Source of the DNA: Nitrospirales bacterium
Lineage (GTDB): Bacteria; Nitrospirota; Nitrospiria; Nitrospirales; UBA8639
Assembly: GCA_965203295.1 (NCBI GenBank)
Contig: CBDBCZ010000019.1
Location: 2,048,001 to 2,112,000, forward strand
Reading direction: 5' to 3'
DNA: 64,000 bases
Below, piece after piece: positions 17,483 to 28,432 of this stretch. Below the pieces are notes generated by a model. It was given only the letters and a program-made list of their open reading frames with translations. It did no database searches and had not been told where the DNA came from. Position 1 is the first letter of the stretch; each line of letters starts with the position of its first letter. A program made the position numbers and the translations under genes.

Positions 17483-18599
17483 TCACCGGTCTCCCCATTT
17501 TCTGAGAGCGAGCCCAACACCCACAGCCATCATAGGAGCAAAATCCTTTAGATCAGGGCCAGTTCCATCGTCCCCAATAAACTCAATCCCCATCAAAGGA
17601 TTTGCGAGTTCAGTGGGAAGACTGAGGTCTCTTTGCAACGCTTCCTGAAGGCCTATCACCCTTGCATATCCTCCAGAGAGGATCAGTTTCTGTACCATTT
17701 TCCCGGTATCAATTTCGCAAAAACAATCAATCGTCCTTTTTAGCTCACGAATGATCTCCTTATGCTTTTCCTCTACTACCGAACGCACGTTGATATAATT
17801 CATCGGTTGGAACAAGATTTTGTCCACATCCTCTGATGAGCCATCGATCATCATCTGAATAGCTTCTTCGGGATAATCGCCCGATGTCACAACCATATTG
17901 AGCACGCTGGCCCCTATATCGACCAGCATCACGACTTCTTGGGGCAAACTAGATGCATACCGCTGATAACTATTGAAAAGCGCCAAACCATCCACATCCA
18001 TCACAACAGCATTCAATCCAGCCGATTTCACCAATTCTGTCTTGGCATCTACTGCCTGTTTCTTTGCCGCCACAATGAGAACTGGTGTCGTGGAAGATCG
18101 TTCTCTCCCATGAAAAAGTGCTGGCTGATGATAAAAGTCCCAATAGAGTTCATTCAAATCATAGCCAATAAGTTGCTGGCCCTCCCATGCAAGATATTCT
18201 TCTATCTTCCGTGGTGGGCATAGTTGGAATGAAGACTTGCTTCATGAGTAGAGGAGAGCCAGAGATCGAAATCGCCACATGCTTATTGCCGACTCTGCAC
18301 CTTTGGACAAATTCGGCAATGGCTAAAATCGAATCGGATTTTGGGAGTTCATGGCTGTTATTCCCAGCAGAAAGATCCAACCTTTTGATTCCGACTCTCC
18401 GTTTGATTCCGACTCTCCGTACGGCAAAAACAGCCCCCCGAGGTTCAAGATGAACCAATTTGATTGCCCGGGTTCCAATATCGAGCCCGACAACATCAGG
18501 GGACAATTTTCCCCAATGCTTTTCTTTCCACCTCCCTATTAGGCTCCTCTCGGAGGATGCCTCAGTGTCCCATACAAATTCTTGACAACCCAGAGGCAT
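17483..18599 (-). pseudogene. pilM: pilM, frameshifted near 18205-18212
   Basis: VGLDIGTRAIK in the 5' ORF; IEEYLAWEGQQLIGYDLNELYWDF continues in another frame into VDIGA, LSGG, AVGVGLALR. Confidence 0.8.
18384..18419. repeat. Exact 18-bp tandem duplication inside pilM (RRVGIK x2)
   Basis: TTTGATTCCGACTCTCCG x2. Confidence 0.95.
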
Positions 18600-18887
18600 A
18601 CAACCACCACAAAATCATCACACAAGCAAAAGAAATGGATTATAAAGGATTTACTCATAATTCCCAAGTTGGATTAAGCAATCGTTGGATCGAATGTATT
18701 GCTTGACGTTCAGTAAGGCCTACTCAAACAAGAGCTCATGCTTGGTTGGCTCTCTGACCTGGCTACCGCCAACACATTATTGTGTGGTTTGAAGTGAACA
18801 GGGAAAAGTGTGGGAATAAGGGGAGAATAATCAAAGAGCTAGGGACAAGACCTGTAGAGTCGAAAACCCAGAATGATGCATAAACTG

Positions 18888-19791
18888 CTAAGGAGAGGAG
18901 ACTTGCTGAATGTCTCGATGACGAATTGTCACTTCATAGCCTAGGATAGTTAAGGACTCACGTAGACGGGAAGCCACCGCAACTGAACGATGTCTCCCTC
19001 CCGTACATCCAACAGCAATGGTGAGATAACTTCGCCGTTCCGGTTCAAAAAATGGAAAAAGGAAGGAAAAAAGATCCGTCAAGCGTCTGAGTAACTCTTC
19101 GGCATCTCTATTTTCAAGGATATACCATTTGACTTTTTATCTTCCCCAGTGAGACGTTTTAGGTTGGGCACAAAGTTTGGATTTTTAAGAAATCGAACAT
19201 CAAACAGTAAATCCACATCGTAAGGCACCCCAAATTTATAGCCAAAGGTGAGCAACGAAATACACATAGACTGCTTCGAATCTGATGGACCATAATGACG
19301 CGACATCCAATCTCGAAGGTCATGAACGGTAAAGTCTGAGGTATCCAGAATGAGATCTGCCTGTTTTCGCAGGTTGCGCAGTCGCTCCCGCTCTAGACTA
19401 ATCCCCTTTAAGACTGGTTGTTGAGGGAAAAGTGGATGAGGCCGCCGAGATTCAGAAAACCGACGCGTGGGGACCGGATCCGAGGCATCAAGGAACAGCA
19501 ATTCCATTCGATACCCGTTTTTCTTCAACCGTCTTAAATTCGTGAAAAATTCAGAAAAGAACCCTCGTTCACGAATATCGATTCCCAAAGCCACATTCCT
19601 GATTTTTTTCCCATGTTGACAACACAGTTCTATAAATCTGGCGAATAAAGCGGGAGGAAGGTTATCCATGCAAAAAACCCCAAATCCTCTAGGCACTTCA
19701 AGGCCTGAGTTTTTCCTGATCCAGACGCACCACTGACAATGAGGAATCGAAGGGCAGCTGAGGAAGAAGTTCGGACTAGTCCTCGTCCCAC
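18888..19791 (-). pseudogene. rapZ: RNase adapter RapZ with two frameshifts
   Basis: IVSGASGSGKT..LEDLGFF|CMDNLP, RRFSESRRPHPL, FGYKFG, DVRFLKNP, AVGCTGGRHRSV; single-base losses in homopolymers at 19672-19677 and 19134-19138. Confidence 0.85.
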
Positions 19792-19921
19792 AGGAACATC
19801 CGTTACTCTGACAGAAACGGGGCCAGGAAAAAGAATGGTGGGGACATAAGAATGGTTGGCTTAAGGATGTCTCCTTTCCAGCCTAACCATTGGAGGCAGG
19901 TATGGAGTAAGGATTCAGAGA

Positions 19922-21433
19922 TCATGGGATCTGTTTTCGCTGATTGGCTGGAGCAATATTCAGTTCAGCCCGGTATTTGGCGACAGTTCGCCTTGCAATG
20001 ATGATATCTCTACTTTTTAATCGTGAAACAATGTCCTGATCTTTAAGGGGACGACGAGGATTTTCCTGCGCAACCATTTCACGGATCAGTTCTCGAACTG
20101 TCAAGGAGGACAATTCCTCAGCTCCTGGTTCGCCCCGTTGAATCCCCGCATTAAAGAAAAACTTTAGTTCCAACATTCCCTGTGGGCAATACATATATTT
20201 ATTCGTCGTGACGCGACTAATGGTCGATTCATGCATGCCAACATCTTCTGCCACTTGCTTCAGAACAAGAGGCCTGAGATATTGAATGCCCTTTTCCAAA
20301 AACTTTTCTTGGAATTTGACTAAACTTCGGACAACTTTCAGAATCGTCTTATTACGTTGATCAATACTTCGAATGATCCATTGTGCTCCTCGCAGTTTAT
20401 CCTCCAAATAGACCTTGGTTGACTCTGCATCTTTACCATTATTGGTCATCATTTTCCTATAATAGGAGTTGATACGGATACGAGGAAGTCCCTCCTCGTT
20501 CAGGCGGACGACCCATTCGCCATCAACTTTATACACAAAGACATCAGGAACAATAACTTGGCTATTATCAGAAAAATACGGCCGCCCAGGCTTGGGCTCA
20601 AGCCCTTCGATGAGGTGCACCGCCTCATGGATTTCAACAAGAGTGACGCTTAACTCTTTAGCCACATTGGCATAGCGTTTTTTTTGAAGATCTGGAAGAT
20701 GATTGTTGACGATCATCTCGGCCAGGGATAACTGATTTGAGGTGGAGGATGCTTCACCATTCCCAATGGGATCACCTTTCAGGTGTTGAAGCTGGATGAG
20801 TAAACATTCTTGGAGATCACGTGCTGCGACTCCTGGTGGATCAAAGGTTTGAATGTGAGTCAAAACAGAATCCACCGCTTCAAGAGGGACCTTAACCCCT
20901 TCAGCAATTTCACCGATAGAGGCTCGCAAACGTCCATCTTCATCAATATTGCCAATAATCATCATTCCAATCGAGCGATCTTCTCCTTCAAGAGAAGAGA
21001 GCCGCAATTGCCACAGCAAGTGGTCTTCTAGGGTCGTTGGCTTGGCTAACGTTTGTTCATACGAAGGCAAGTCGTCTTCTGAACCAGACTGCTCTGAGAC
21101 CCAGGATCGCCACTCAGGTTCGTAATAATTATCCCATTCTTCGGGAGTCAGCTGTTCGGCGTATTCCTCTTGCTCAGGCAGACTATTCTCTTCAGGCCTT
21201 TCGCCTTGCTCTTGGGCAGCATCCTTTTTTTCTGGTTCTCCTTCTTCACTCCTAGAGGCTTCGTTTTCATCAACATCTGCCGGGTCTTCTTCCAAAAGGG
21301 GATTATCAAGAAGATGTTGGGAAAGCGTCTGTTCGAGCTCAAGCCGTGACAACTGCAGCAACTTTATGGCTTGCTGCAGTTGGGGGGTCATCACCAATTT
21401 TTGAATGAGACGAGGTTCTAATCGGAGTTCCAT
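19922..21433 (-). CDS. rpoN: RNA polymerase sigma-54 factor
   Basis: MTPQLQQAIKLLQL, HESTISR, RpoN box ARRTVAKYR. Confidence 0.97.
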   Translation of the reverse strand: MELRLEPRLIQKLVMTPQLQQAIKLLQLSRLELEQTLSQHLLDNPLLEEDPADVDENEASRSEEGEPEKKDAAQEQGERPEENSLPEQEEYAEQLTPEEWDNYYEPEWRSWVSEQSGSEDDLPSYEQTLAKPTTLEDHLLWQLRLSSLEGEDRSIGMMIIGNIDEDGRLRASIGEIAEGVKVPLEAVDSVLTHIQTFDPPGVAARDLQECLLIQLQHLKGDPIGNGEASSTSNQLSLAEMIVNNHLPDLQKKRYANVAKELSVTLVEIHEAVHLIEGLEPKPGRPYFSDNSQVIVPDVFVYKVDGEWVVRLNEEGLPRIRINSYYRKMMTNNGKDAESTKVYLEDKLRGAQWIIRSIDQRNKTILKVVRSLVKFQEKFLEKGIQYLRPLVLKQVAEDVGMHESTISRVTTNKYMYCPQGMLELKFFFNAGIQRGEPGAEELSSLTVRELIREMVAQENPRRPLKDQDIVSRLKSRDIIIARRTVAKYRAELNIAPANQRKQIP

Positions 21434-21457
21434 ATCGGTGTTGGCTGGTCCCGTTCC

Positions 21458-22207
21458 CTATAATTTAAACCGTTCCCCTAAATAAATCGCTCGCGCTTTG
21501 GGGCTATTGACAATGGTACTGGCAGTTCCAGACTCCAAAATGCTCCCTTCATTGATAATATAGGCCCGATCAGTTATCGAAAGAGTTTCTTGTACATTAT
21601 GGTCGGTAATTAAAATTCCGATATTTTTTAATTTCAACGACTGAATGATTTCCTGAATATCTCCAACAGCAATCGGGGCAATGCCTGCAAAAGGTTCATC
21701 CAACAACAAAAACTCTGGGTCAGTCGCTAAAGCACGCGTTATTTCAAGGCGACGCCGCTCTCCGCCTGAAAGCGCAAACGCTTTACTTCGCCGAAGTGAT
21801 GTGAGCTGCAGTTCCTCCAATAGTGTCCCTAGCTTCGTTTCACGCTCTTCCCGAGTTAATGGTAGGGTTTCCAACACCGCTAGCACATTGTCCTCGACCG
21901 AAAGTCTTCGAAAAACGGAGGCTTCTTGTGGCAAATACCCAAGCCCTCGCCTTGATCGCTGGAACATGGGGAGAGCCGTGATACCTTCACCGTTTAGGAA
22001 AACCTGACCCTTATCAGGTTTGCACAGACCCACAACCATATCAAAAATTGTGGTCTTGCCCGCTCCATTCGGCCCTAAGAGTCCAACAACTTCACCAGCC
22101 TGGACATGAATACTCACCCCTCGAACCACCTCCCGGCCTTTAAAACTTTTCCAGAGCCCCTTGGCATACACCTGCCGAGGACTCTTGAGAACCCCTTGAT
22201 CACTCAT
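21458..22207 (-). CDS. lptB: LPS export ABC ATPase
   Basis: [39 protein letters not shown]. Confidence 0.95.
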   Translation of the reverse strand: MSDQGVLKSPRQVYAKGLWKSFKGREVVRGVSIHVQAGEVVGLLGPNGAGKTTIFDMVVGLCKPDKGQVFLNGEGITALPMFQRSRRGLGYLPQEASVFRRLSVEDNVLAVLETLPLTREERETKLGTLLEELQLTSLRRSKAFALSGGERRRLEITRALATDPEFLLLDEPFAGIAPIAVGDIQEIIQSLKLKNIGILITDHNVQETLSITDRAYIINEGSILESGTASTIVNSPKARAIYLGERFKL

Positions 22208-22234
22208 AATTCGAATGGAGGTTCAATAAGACCT

Positions 22235-22771
22235 CTACTTGTTGTTATCCTCTTCGTCGAAAATCATCACACGAGATCCACCTTCGACTACACTTCTCTC
22301 CTCTTTTAAATACATGGTCATTTTGGGACCGCTGACACGAGTACCTTGCTGCCAAGCTACGGGGGACTCAGTTAAAACAATCTTTTCCTCATCTTTATAG
22401 TATACGGCATGTCCACACGTCGCTTTGCCATCGCCCTTTTTAATGACGACCTTCCCTAGGGCCTTAATGACATCAATCTTTTGGTACGAACGAGTTGCCT
22501 CAGATTTGGATTTACCTGAAGTATCTCCAGAATCCTTCTTAAACAGCACCACCATGGTATCAGAATGGACAGTCAAATCACCCTGAGTCAATACGACTTT
22601 CCCTTCAAAAACAGCTCTTTGGGCTTTCCCTTGGGCGATCATTTTTTGGGCAGTGATGGTCGTATCCACCTGTTTCTCTGAACCATACACCACGGGTCCA
22701 GCAAACACGAGAACCCCTCCAATAAGGCAAGCCCATCTCAAAAGATACTCCAAAATCTTAGGACGATACAT
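22235..22771 (-). CDS. lptA: LPS transport periplasmic protein LptA (OstA family)
   Basis: Signal peptide, beta-jellyroll pattern; between lptC and lptB. Confidence 0.85.
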   Translation of the reverse strand: MYRPKILEYLLRWACLIGGVLVFAGPVVYGSEKQVDTTITAQKMIAQGKAQRAVFEGKVVLTQGDLTVHSDTMVVLFKKDSGDTSGKSKSEATRSYQKIDVIKALGKVVIKKGDGKATCGHAVYYKDEEKIVLTESPVAWQQGTRVSGPKMTMYLKEERSVVEGGSRVMIFDEEDNNK

Positions 22772-23327
22772 GCACACGAACATTGTTTAAAATAGTAAAT
22801 TCCTCTTCATTCAGGAGTCCCTCAAGCCCTTCTCCAGTAATCGTCAGCCCATCCCCGCCAATCAAAACTTGATCCGCTGTTCTGAATTCTTGTCGGTCGT
22901 CAATCCAACGAAGACTGGGCGTAAAAATGGTATACCCGCTTGAAAATTTGACTTCAATGGGATCTCCTCGATTGACCAGAAGAAAATTATTCGTGGCCAT
23001 ATCAATATTACCCGTTTCGGCCATAATGGTCATTTTCCGGTCTCCATCTTCGTACAGGTGAACCTCGACTTGTTCCAAGATGGCTTTATGCTCTGATTCC
23101 AACACCTGCGCCTTTTGAGCTTGCACTTCCCATTGGAGGGCCCCTGACTGGGTCTTTTGATAATGAAACCCTTGAATCGCAGACCCAGAAGACTCAGTTG
23201 ATGAAGGTGAAGGTAACGTGACAGGTTGGATTCTTGGTCCCATTTGGGTATAAACTTGGTACCCGAGTAAACCAGCAAGACACAACACAATACCCATTAA
23301 CCCACGATGTATCCACAGGAAGGGCAC
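22758..23327 (-). CDS. lptC: LPS export periplasmic protein LptC
   Basis: Single N-terminal TM, WEVQAQKA, beta-jellyroll pattern; synteny. Confidence 0.85.
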   Translation of the reverse strand: MPFLWIHRGLMGIVLCLAGLLGYQVYTQMGPRIQPVTLPSPSSTESSGSAIQGFHYQKTQSGALQWEVQAQKAQVLESEHKAILEQVEVHLYEDGDRKMTIMAETGNIDMATNNFLLVNRGDPIEVKFSSGYTIFTPSLRWIDDRQEFRTADQVLIGGDGLTITGEGLEGLLNEEEFTILNNVRVHVSS

Positions 23328-23587
23328 CTCTGATTTTCCTCTCTATACCTTTCTTTTCATAAGCAAAAAAGGATAGCACACGTCCGAAAGCAAGTAAATA
23401 AACGAGTGAGGTGAAAACGGAAAGGGTCCTTAATTTCTAAGGACTTCAAGGGAATGGTGTTATAAGGGATTGCGCACGAGAGAGATCAACTTCAAGCTCC
23501 ATTCATCGACAGATCAATGAACTGAAAAGAGATCTCATAAGGTTCGATGGCCGCAGATTTAATATAAAAGATGCTCTGGATATTCGT

Positions 23588-24001
23588 TCACGAATTGACT
23601 TCAGATGATTGGTCCGCTTGTTCTCTCGAAGAAGTGGATGTCCCTCCACGCTCAACCAATTCCAAAGCCACTAATTCTGCCCCATCTCCTGGTCTTCGAC
23701 GAGTTGGAATAATTCTCGTGTATCCACCTAAACGGTTATGAAATCGTCCCGCAACCTCACTAAACAGTTTGGAAACAATTTCCTTTTTTTGAAGATAACT
23801 TGAAGCCTGCCTCCTGGCATGGAGAGACCCCTCTTTTCCAAGTGTGATCATTTTGTCCACCAGTCCACGGATCTCCTTGGCCTTGGCTTCAGTGGTTTCA
23901 ATCCGTTCGTGTTCAAGCAATGAGGTCACCAAATTCCGAAACAATGCCCGTCGATGTTTGGTATTCCGACCCAACTGTCTGCCATCTTTTAGGTGTCGCA
24001 C
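23588..24001 (-). CDS. rplQ: 50S ribosomal protein L17
   Basis: MRH..GRQLGR..HRRAL, IETTEAKAKE. Confidence 0.97.
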   Translation of the reverse strand: MRHLKDGRQLGRNTKHRRALFRNLVTSLLEHERIETTEAKAKEIRGLVDKMITLGKEGSLHARRQASSYLQKKEIVSKLFSEVAGRFHNRLGGYTRIIPTRRRPGDGAELVALELVERGGTSTSSREQADQSSEVNS

Positions 24002-24053
24002 AACTGCCTTTTTTCTTATGAATATTTATTTGACGCGGAGGGTACAAGTCCGG

Positions 24054-25016
24054 TTAACGGTTCAAGCCAAGCCCCAAACCCATTTCTGCTAAAACTTCCT
24101 TGATTTCACTTAATGACTTTTTGCCAAAATTTTTGGTTCTCAGCATCTCCATTTCCGTTTTTTGAACGAGGTCCTCTATGGTCTTGATATTGGCATTTTT
24201 TAGACAATTCGCCGCGCGAACAGATAATTCCAATTCATTCACGCTTCGAACTAAATTTTTGTTTAATTCCACAGTTCCTTCCCCAGAAGCTTCTTCCTCT
24301 TTCGTGTCGCGAAGATCTTCATTGGATATACAAATAGTCAAATGATCACGGAGAATCGCCGCGGCAATTGCCACGGCATCTTGGGCCGTCGTACTTCCAT
24401 CTGTCCACACTTCAAGATTCAATTTATCGTAATCCGTGATTTGTCCCACCCGAGCGTTTTCCACATGGAAGTTGACTCGTTTGACGGGAGAAAATATCGA
24501 ATCAACCGGAATAACTCCAATCGGAAGCCCTTCTTCTTTATTCCGGTCTGCAGGAACATAGCCACGACCTGGCTTGACAATTAATTCGGCATCCAGCAGA
24601 CCATCTTTATCGAGTGTGGCAATATGCAAATCTGGATTTAAGATTTCGAGGTCAGCATCATGTTGAATATCCCTTGCTTTGACATCGCCAGGTCCCTTCT
24701 TCTTTAATCGAACGGCTTTAGCTTTATCCGTATGAAGTTTTATCCTAAGATTCTTAATGTTCAGAATAATGATGGTGACATCTTCCGCCACCCCTGGCAA
24801 GGTCGAAAACTCATGGTAGGCTCCTTCAATCTTAACAGAGGTGACAGCGGCACCTGGGAGAGAAGACAGCAAGACCCGACGAAGTGAATTTCCAATCGTG
24901 GTCCCGAAACCTCGCTCAAACGGCTCTGCCGAAAACTTTCCATAGCTCGGAGCGGCTGTTTCCTTGTCCATCTCCAGTCGCATAGGCAATTGAAAATCCT
25001 TCAAGACATTTATCAT
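24054..25016 (-). CDS. rpoA: RNA polymerase alpha subunit
   Basis: [28 protein letters not shown]. Confidence 0.98.
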   Translation of the reverse strand: MINVLKDFQLPMRLEMDKETAAPSYGKFSAEPFERGFGTTIGNSLRRVLLSSLPGAAVTSVKIEGAYHEFSTLPGVAEDVTIIILNIKNLRIKLHTDKAKAVRLKKKGPGDVKARDIQHDADLEILNPDLHIATLDKDGLLDAELIVKPGRGYVPADRNKEEGLPIGVIPVDSIFSPVKRVNFHVENARVGQITDYDKLNLEVWTDGSTTAQDAVAIAAAILRDHLTICISNEDLRDTKEEEASGEGTVELNKNLVRSVNELELSVRAANCLKNANIKTIEDLVQKTEMEMLRTKNFGKKSLSEIKEVLAEMGLGLGLNR

Positions 25017-25096
25017 ACTTCCCCCTTCACCTCATCCCGCTTTGCTACTAAATGAGCCCAATCACCATAAAAGGGTTCGTCTTCATTCACGAGTGA

Positions 25097-25726
25097 CTAA
25101 CGTGAATACAGTTCAACGACAACTTGCTCGTTGACCGGAACCCCAATCTCTTCTTTTGAAGGCAGAGCTCGAACACTTCCCTTAAGCGTATTGGGATCAA
25201 ACTCAAGCCAACTCACCAATCCCCTTCCCTCTGCCGTTTCCAGTGCAGATTTAATCACCAGAAGCTCTCGGCTTTTGGGTTTTAGTTCAATGACGTCGCC
25301 TACTGAAGTGGTAAAGGAAGGCACATTGGTTTTTCTCCCGTTTACGACAATATGGCCATGATTCACGATTTGCCGAGCCTGTTTCCGTGACAAGGCAAAA
25401 CCTAAACGATAGACGACGTTATCAAGCCGACGTTCAAGCAGACTGACCAAATTATCACCAGTTACACCCTTTTGACGATCAGCCTTTTTGAATATACCTC
25501 GGAATTGTTTTTCTAGGACGCTATAGATCCGCCGCAACTTCTGTTTTTCACGAAGCTGTGCACTATAGTCGGTGACCCTCGAACGACGTTTCTGCCCATG
25601 TTGTCCTGGAGGATAACTTCGCCGTTCAATGGCACATTTTTCTGTCATACATCGGGTTCCTTTAAGGAATAGCTTGACTCCTTCCCTTCGACAAATGCGG
25701 CACACTGGTCCGGTAAAATTCGCCAC
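25097..25726 (-). CDS. rpsD: 30S ribosomal protein S4
   Basis: PPGQHG, LERRLDNVVYRLGF. Confidence 0.98.
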   Translation of the reverse strand: MANFTGPVCRICRREGVKLFLKGTRCMTEKCAIERRSYPPGQHGQKRRSRVTDYSAQLREKQKLRRIYSVLEKQFRGIFKKADRQKGVTGDNLVSLLERRLDNVVYRLGFALSRKQARQIVNHGHIVVNGRKTNVPSFTTSVGDVIELKPKSRELLVIKSALETAEGRGLVSWLEFDPNTLKGSVRALPSKEEIGVPVNEQVVVELYSR

Positions 25727-25770
25727 CTTGTTCTCCTCTCATACAAATGTATTCATATTGCAAATTCTTT

Positions 25771-26154
25771 TTAGACTCGCCTCTTCTTTGGAGGTCGACA
25801 ACCGTTATGAGGGATAGGAGTGACATCACGAATGAGATTCACGCGCAACCCAGCTGATTGAAGGGCTCGCACTGCTGACTCTCGGCCAGATCCTGGGCCA
25901 TTGACGTAGACATCGATTTGCCGCATGCCGTGTTCCATGGCTTTTCTCCCAGCAGCCTCACCAGCACGGGTCGCGGCAAAAGGAGTGCTTTTTCGAGATC
26001 CTTTAAACCCCAAACTTCCTGCACTTGACCAGGAAACGGTATTCCCAGTCATATCAGTTATGGTCACCAGGGTATTATTGAATGAAGCTTGAATATGGGC
26101 AATGCCCACCTGGACCTTTTTTCTTTCCGTTTTTTTCCATTTTTTCACGCTCAC
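25771..26154 (-). CDS. rpsK: 30S ribosomal protein S11
   Basis: [31 protein letters not shown]. Confidence 0.98.
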   Translation of the reverse strand: MSVKKWKKTERKKVQVGIAHIQASFNNTLVTITDMTGNTVSWSSAGSLGFKGSRKSTPFAATRAGEAAGRKAMEHGMRQIDVYVNGPGSGRESAVRALQSAGLRVNLIRDVTPIPHNGCRPPKKRRV

Positions 26155-26184
26155 CGTGCTAACCCCTCTTTGAAAAAATCCGTG

Positions 26185-26553
26185 TTATTTTTTTGCCCGG
26201 CCAATGGAAGACCGCTTGCCCTTTCTCGTTCTCGCGTTCGTTTTCGATCTCTGTCCCCTGACAGGGAGCGCCCTTCGATGCCGAACCCCGCGGTAGCTTC
26301 CGGTATCGACCAATCGCTTAATACTCATGGTGATATCTTTCCGGAGATCCCCCTCAACTTTGAAACCTCGTTCAATCGTTTCTCTCAGCTTGACGATATC
26401 CTCTTCTTTGAGATCTTTAACTCGTCGAGCTCCATCAATCCCCGTCTTTTGTAAAATGCTACGGGCACTCCAGGGGCCGAGACCAAAGATGTAGGTCAGA
26501 GCAACATCTATTCGCTTAGCAACTGGGAGGTCAACACCTGCAATTCTCGCCAT
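26185..26553 (-). CDS. rpsM: 30S ribosomal protein S13
   Basis: [27 protein letters not shown]. Confidence 0.98.
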   Translation of the reverse strand: MARIAGVDLPVAKRIDVALTYIFGLGPWSARSILQKTGIDGARRVKDLKEEDIVKLRETIERGFKVEGDLRKDITMSIKRLVDTGSYRGVRHRRALPVRGQRSKTNARTRKGKRSSIGRAKK

Positions 26554-26604
26554 GTTTTCTCCTTATCCCTATCCACACGCCCTCTAAAAGAGGCGCTTTT
26601 CTGT

Positions 26605-26718
26605 TTACCCTTGTCGTTGTTTGTGCCGTGGATTAGAACAATTGATACGAACGACTCCCCTGCGCCGAAACACTTTGCATTTGGAACAGATAGGTTTGAC
26701 GGAAGATTTTACCTTCAC
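26605..26718 (-). CDS. rpmJ: 50S ribosomal protein L36 (absent from the ORF track)
   Basis: GTG start; [37 protein letters not shown]. Confidence 0.97.
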   Translation of the reverse strand: MKVKSSVKPICSKCKVFRRRGVVRINCSNPRHKQRQG

Positions 26719-26732
26719 AGTTTACAAGCTCC

Positions 26733-26960
26733 TTACTGTTTATTCTTAAAACGATAGGTAATCCGACCTTTGGTTAAGTCATAAGGTGAAAGCTCCACGG
26801 TCACCTTATCTCCTGGAAGAATACGTATGAAATGCATACGCATTTTCCCCGATATGTGCGCAAGAATCACCTGCCCACTATCTAATCGGACTCGAAACAT
26901 CGCATTAGGCAATGTCTCCTTGACCTCCCCTGAGACTTCTATAACATCTTCTTTACCCAT
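26733..26960 (-). CDS. infA: Translation initiation factor IF-1
   Basis: [22 protein letters not shown]. Confidence 0.98.
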   Translation of the reverse strand: MGKEDVIEVSGEVKETLPNAMFRVRLDSGQVILAHISGKMRMHFIRILPGDKVTVELSPYDLTKGRITYRFKNKQ

Positions 26961-27004
26961 GTGTCATAGCAAAAAAACGCAGCGAATACGCCAAACTTCC
27001 TGGT

Positions 27005-27754
27005 TCAAAGCGCTGTTAAAATTCGCGGAGGCCCGTCCTCCGTTATGGCCACTGTGTGTTCAAAGTGAGCTGACAGGCTACCATCTTGCGTGACTGCTGT
27101 CCATTGGTCATCAAGGATTCGGACCTGATGTTTTCCTACATTTACTATAGGCTCAATAGCCAGAACCATCCCTACCTGAAGGCGGGGACCTTGCCCTGAA
27201 CGACCGTAATTCGGGACTTGCGGTTCTTCATGTAGATGACGGCCAATCCCATGACCGACAAAGTCTCGAACAACAGAATACCCACGAGATTCAACATGCG
27301 TCTGCACGGCATGGGAAATATCAGAAAGCCGATTTCCCACTACGGCACAGGCAATCCCCTTCATCATGGACTCTTCTGTTACCTGAAGGAGGTCACCCAC
27401 GTCATCGGGAATTGACCCAACTGGCACCGTAATTGCGCGATCCCCATAAAATCCTTGAACGATGGCTCCTAAGTCCAGGCCAATGATATCCCCATCTCTT
27501 AATTCTCTTTTTGAGGGAATACCATGCACAACTTCATCATTCACTGAGGCACACAGAGTTTTGGGATATCCACGGTACCCCTTAAAGGCCGGGACCCCTC
27601 CTTGATCACGTATAGACTCCTCCGCAATCTTATCAAGCTGAAGGGTCGCTATCCCTGGTCGAATCTCTTTCAAAAGAACCTGATGGGTCTCAGCCATAAT
27701 TTTAGAAGCAAGAGTCATCAGTTCAATTTCTTCAGGAGTTTTTAGAATGATCAT
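27005..27754 (-). CDS. map: Methionine aminopeptidase type I
   Basis: SVNDEVVHGIP, GHGIG..LHEEP, SAHFEHT. Confidence 0.97.
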   Translation of the reverse strand: MIILKTPEEIELMTLASKIMAETHQVLLKEIRPGIATLQLDKIAEESIRDQGGVPAFKGYRGYPKTLCASVNDEVVHGIPSKRELRDGDIIGLDLGAIVQGFYGDRAITVPVGSIPDDVGDLLQVTEESMMKGIACAVVGNRLSDISHAVQTHVESRGYSVVRDFVGHGIGRHLHEEPQVPNYGRSGQGPRLQVGMVLAIEPIVNVGKHQVRILDDQWTAVTQDGSLSAHFEHTVAITEDGPPRILTAL

Positions 27755-27760
27755 TACGCC

Positions 27761-28426
27761 CTAAGATTTTGGCAATAACCTTTCAAGTCGCTCCTGCACT
27801 GCCCCAACGAGCCCAGCCCCATCCAACTCACCAAGAAGTCCTCTTTCTCTATAGTATGTGATTAAAGGAGCGGTCTGCTCCTCAAAGACGGATAACCGTG
27901 ATTCCACGGTCTCTTTTCGATCATCACTGCGTTGAACCAATTCCTCACCACATTCATCACACAATCCGTCTGTTCGAGGCGGGACATAATCAATATGATA
28001 GACCGCCAGGCATTGAGAGCAACTTCTCCTTCCACTCAACCGTCTCACGACCTCGTCACGGGGTATGACAAAATGAATGACTTTATCCAGAGATTTCCCC
28101 TTAGAGTTGAGCAATTCCGTTAATGTATTTGCCTGAATAACAGTCCTCGGAAACCCGTCCAATATGAAGCCATCTGCCCCATCTGGAGAATCTACTTGCT
28201 CCTCAACTAGCCCTATCACCACTTGATCTGGCACCAAATCCCCTCTGTCCATATATCGCTTAGCTTCCAAATATCGCTTAGCTTCCAAGCCCAGACGAGT
28301 CTGTTGAGCCACAGCCGACCTAAGCAAATCCCCGGTTGAAATCTTGAGAATGTGAAATTTCGCTGCCACCAACTCGGCCTGCGTTCCCTTTCCTACCCCT
28401 GGCGCCCCTAAGAAAACCAGTCGCAT
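27761..28426 (-). CDS. adk: Adenylate kinase (Zn LID), with a 6-aa internal duplication
   Basis: GAPGVGKGTQ, ISTGDLLR, LDGFPRT; LEAKRY repeated. Confidence 0.97.
   Translation of the reverse strand: MRLVFLGAPGVGKGTQAELVAAKFHILKISTGDLLRSAVAQQTRLGLEAKRYLEAKRYMDRGDLVPDQVVIGLVEEQVDSPDGADGFILDGFPRTVIQANTLTELLNSKGKSLDKVIHFVIPRDEVVRRLSGRRSCSQCLAVYHIDYVPPRTDGLCDECGEELVQRSDDRKETVESRLSVFEEQTAPLITYYRERGLLGELDGAGLVGAVQERLERLLPKS
28253..28288. repeat. Exact 18-bp tandem duplication inside adk
   Basis: ATATCGCTTAGCTTCCAA x2. Confidence 0.95.
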
Positions 28427-28432
28427 TGCAGA

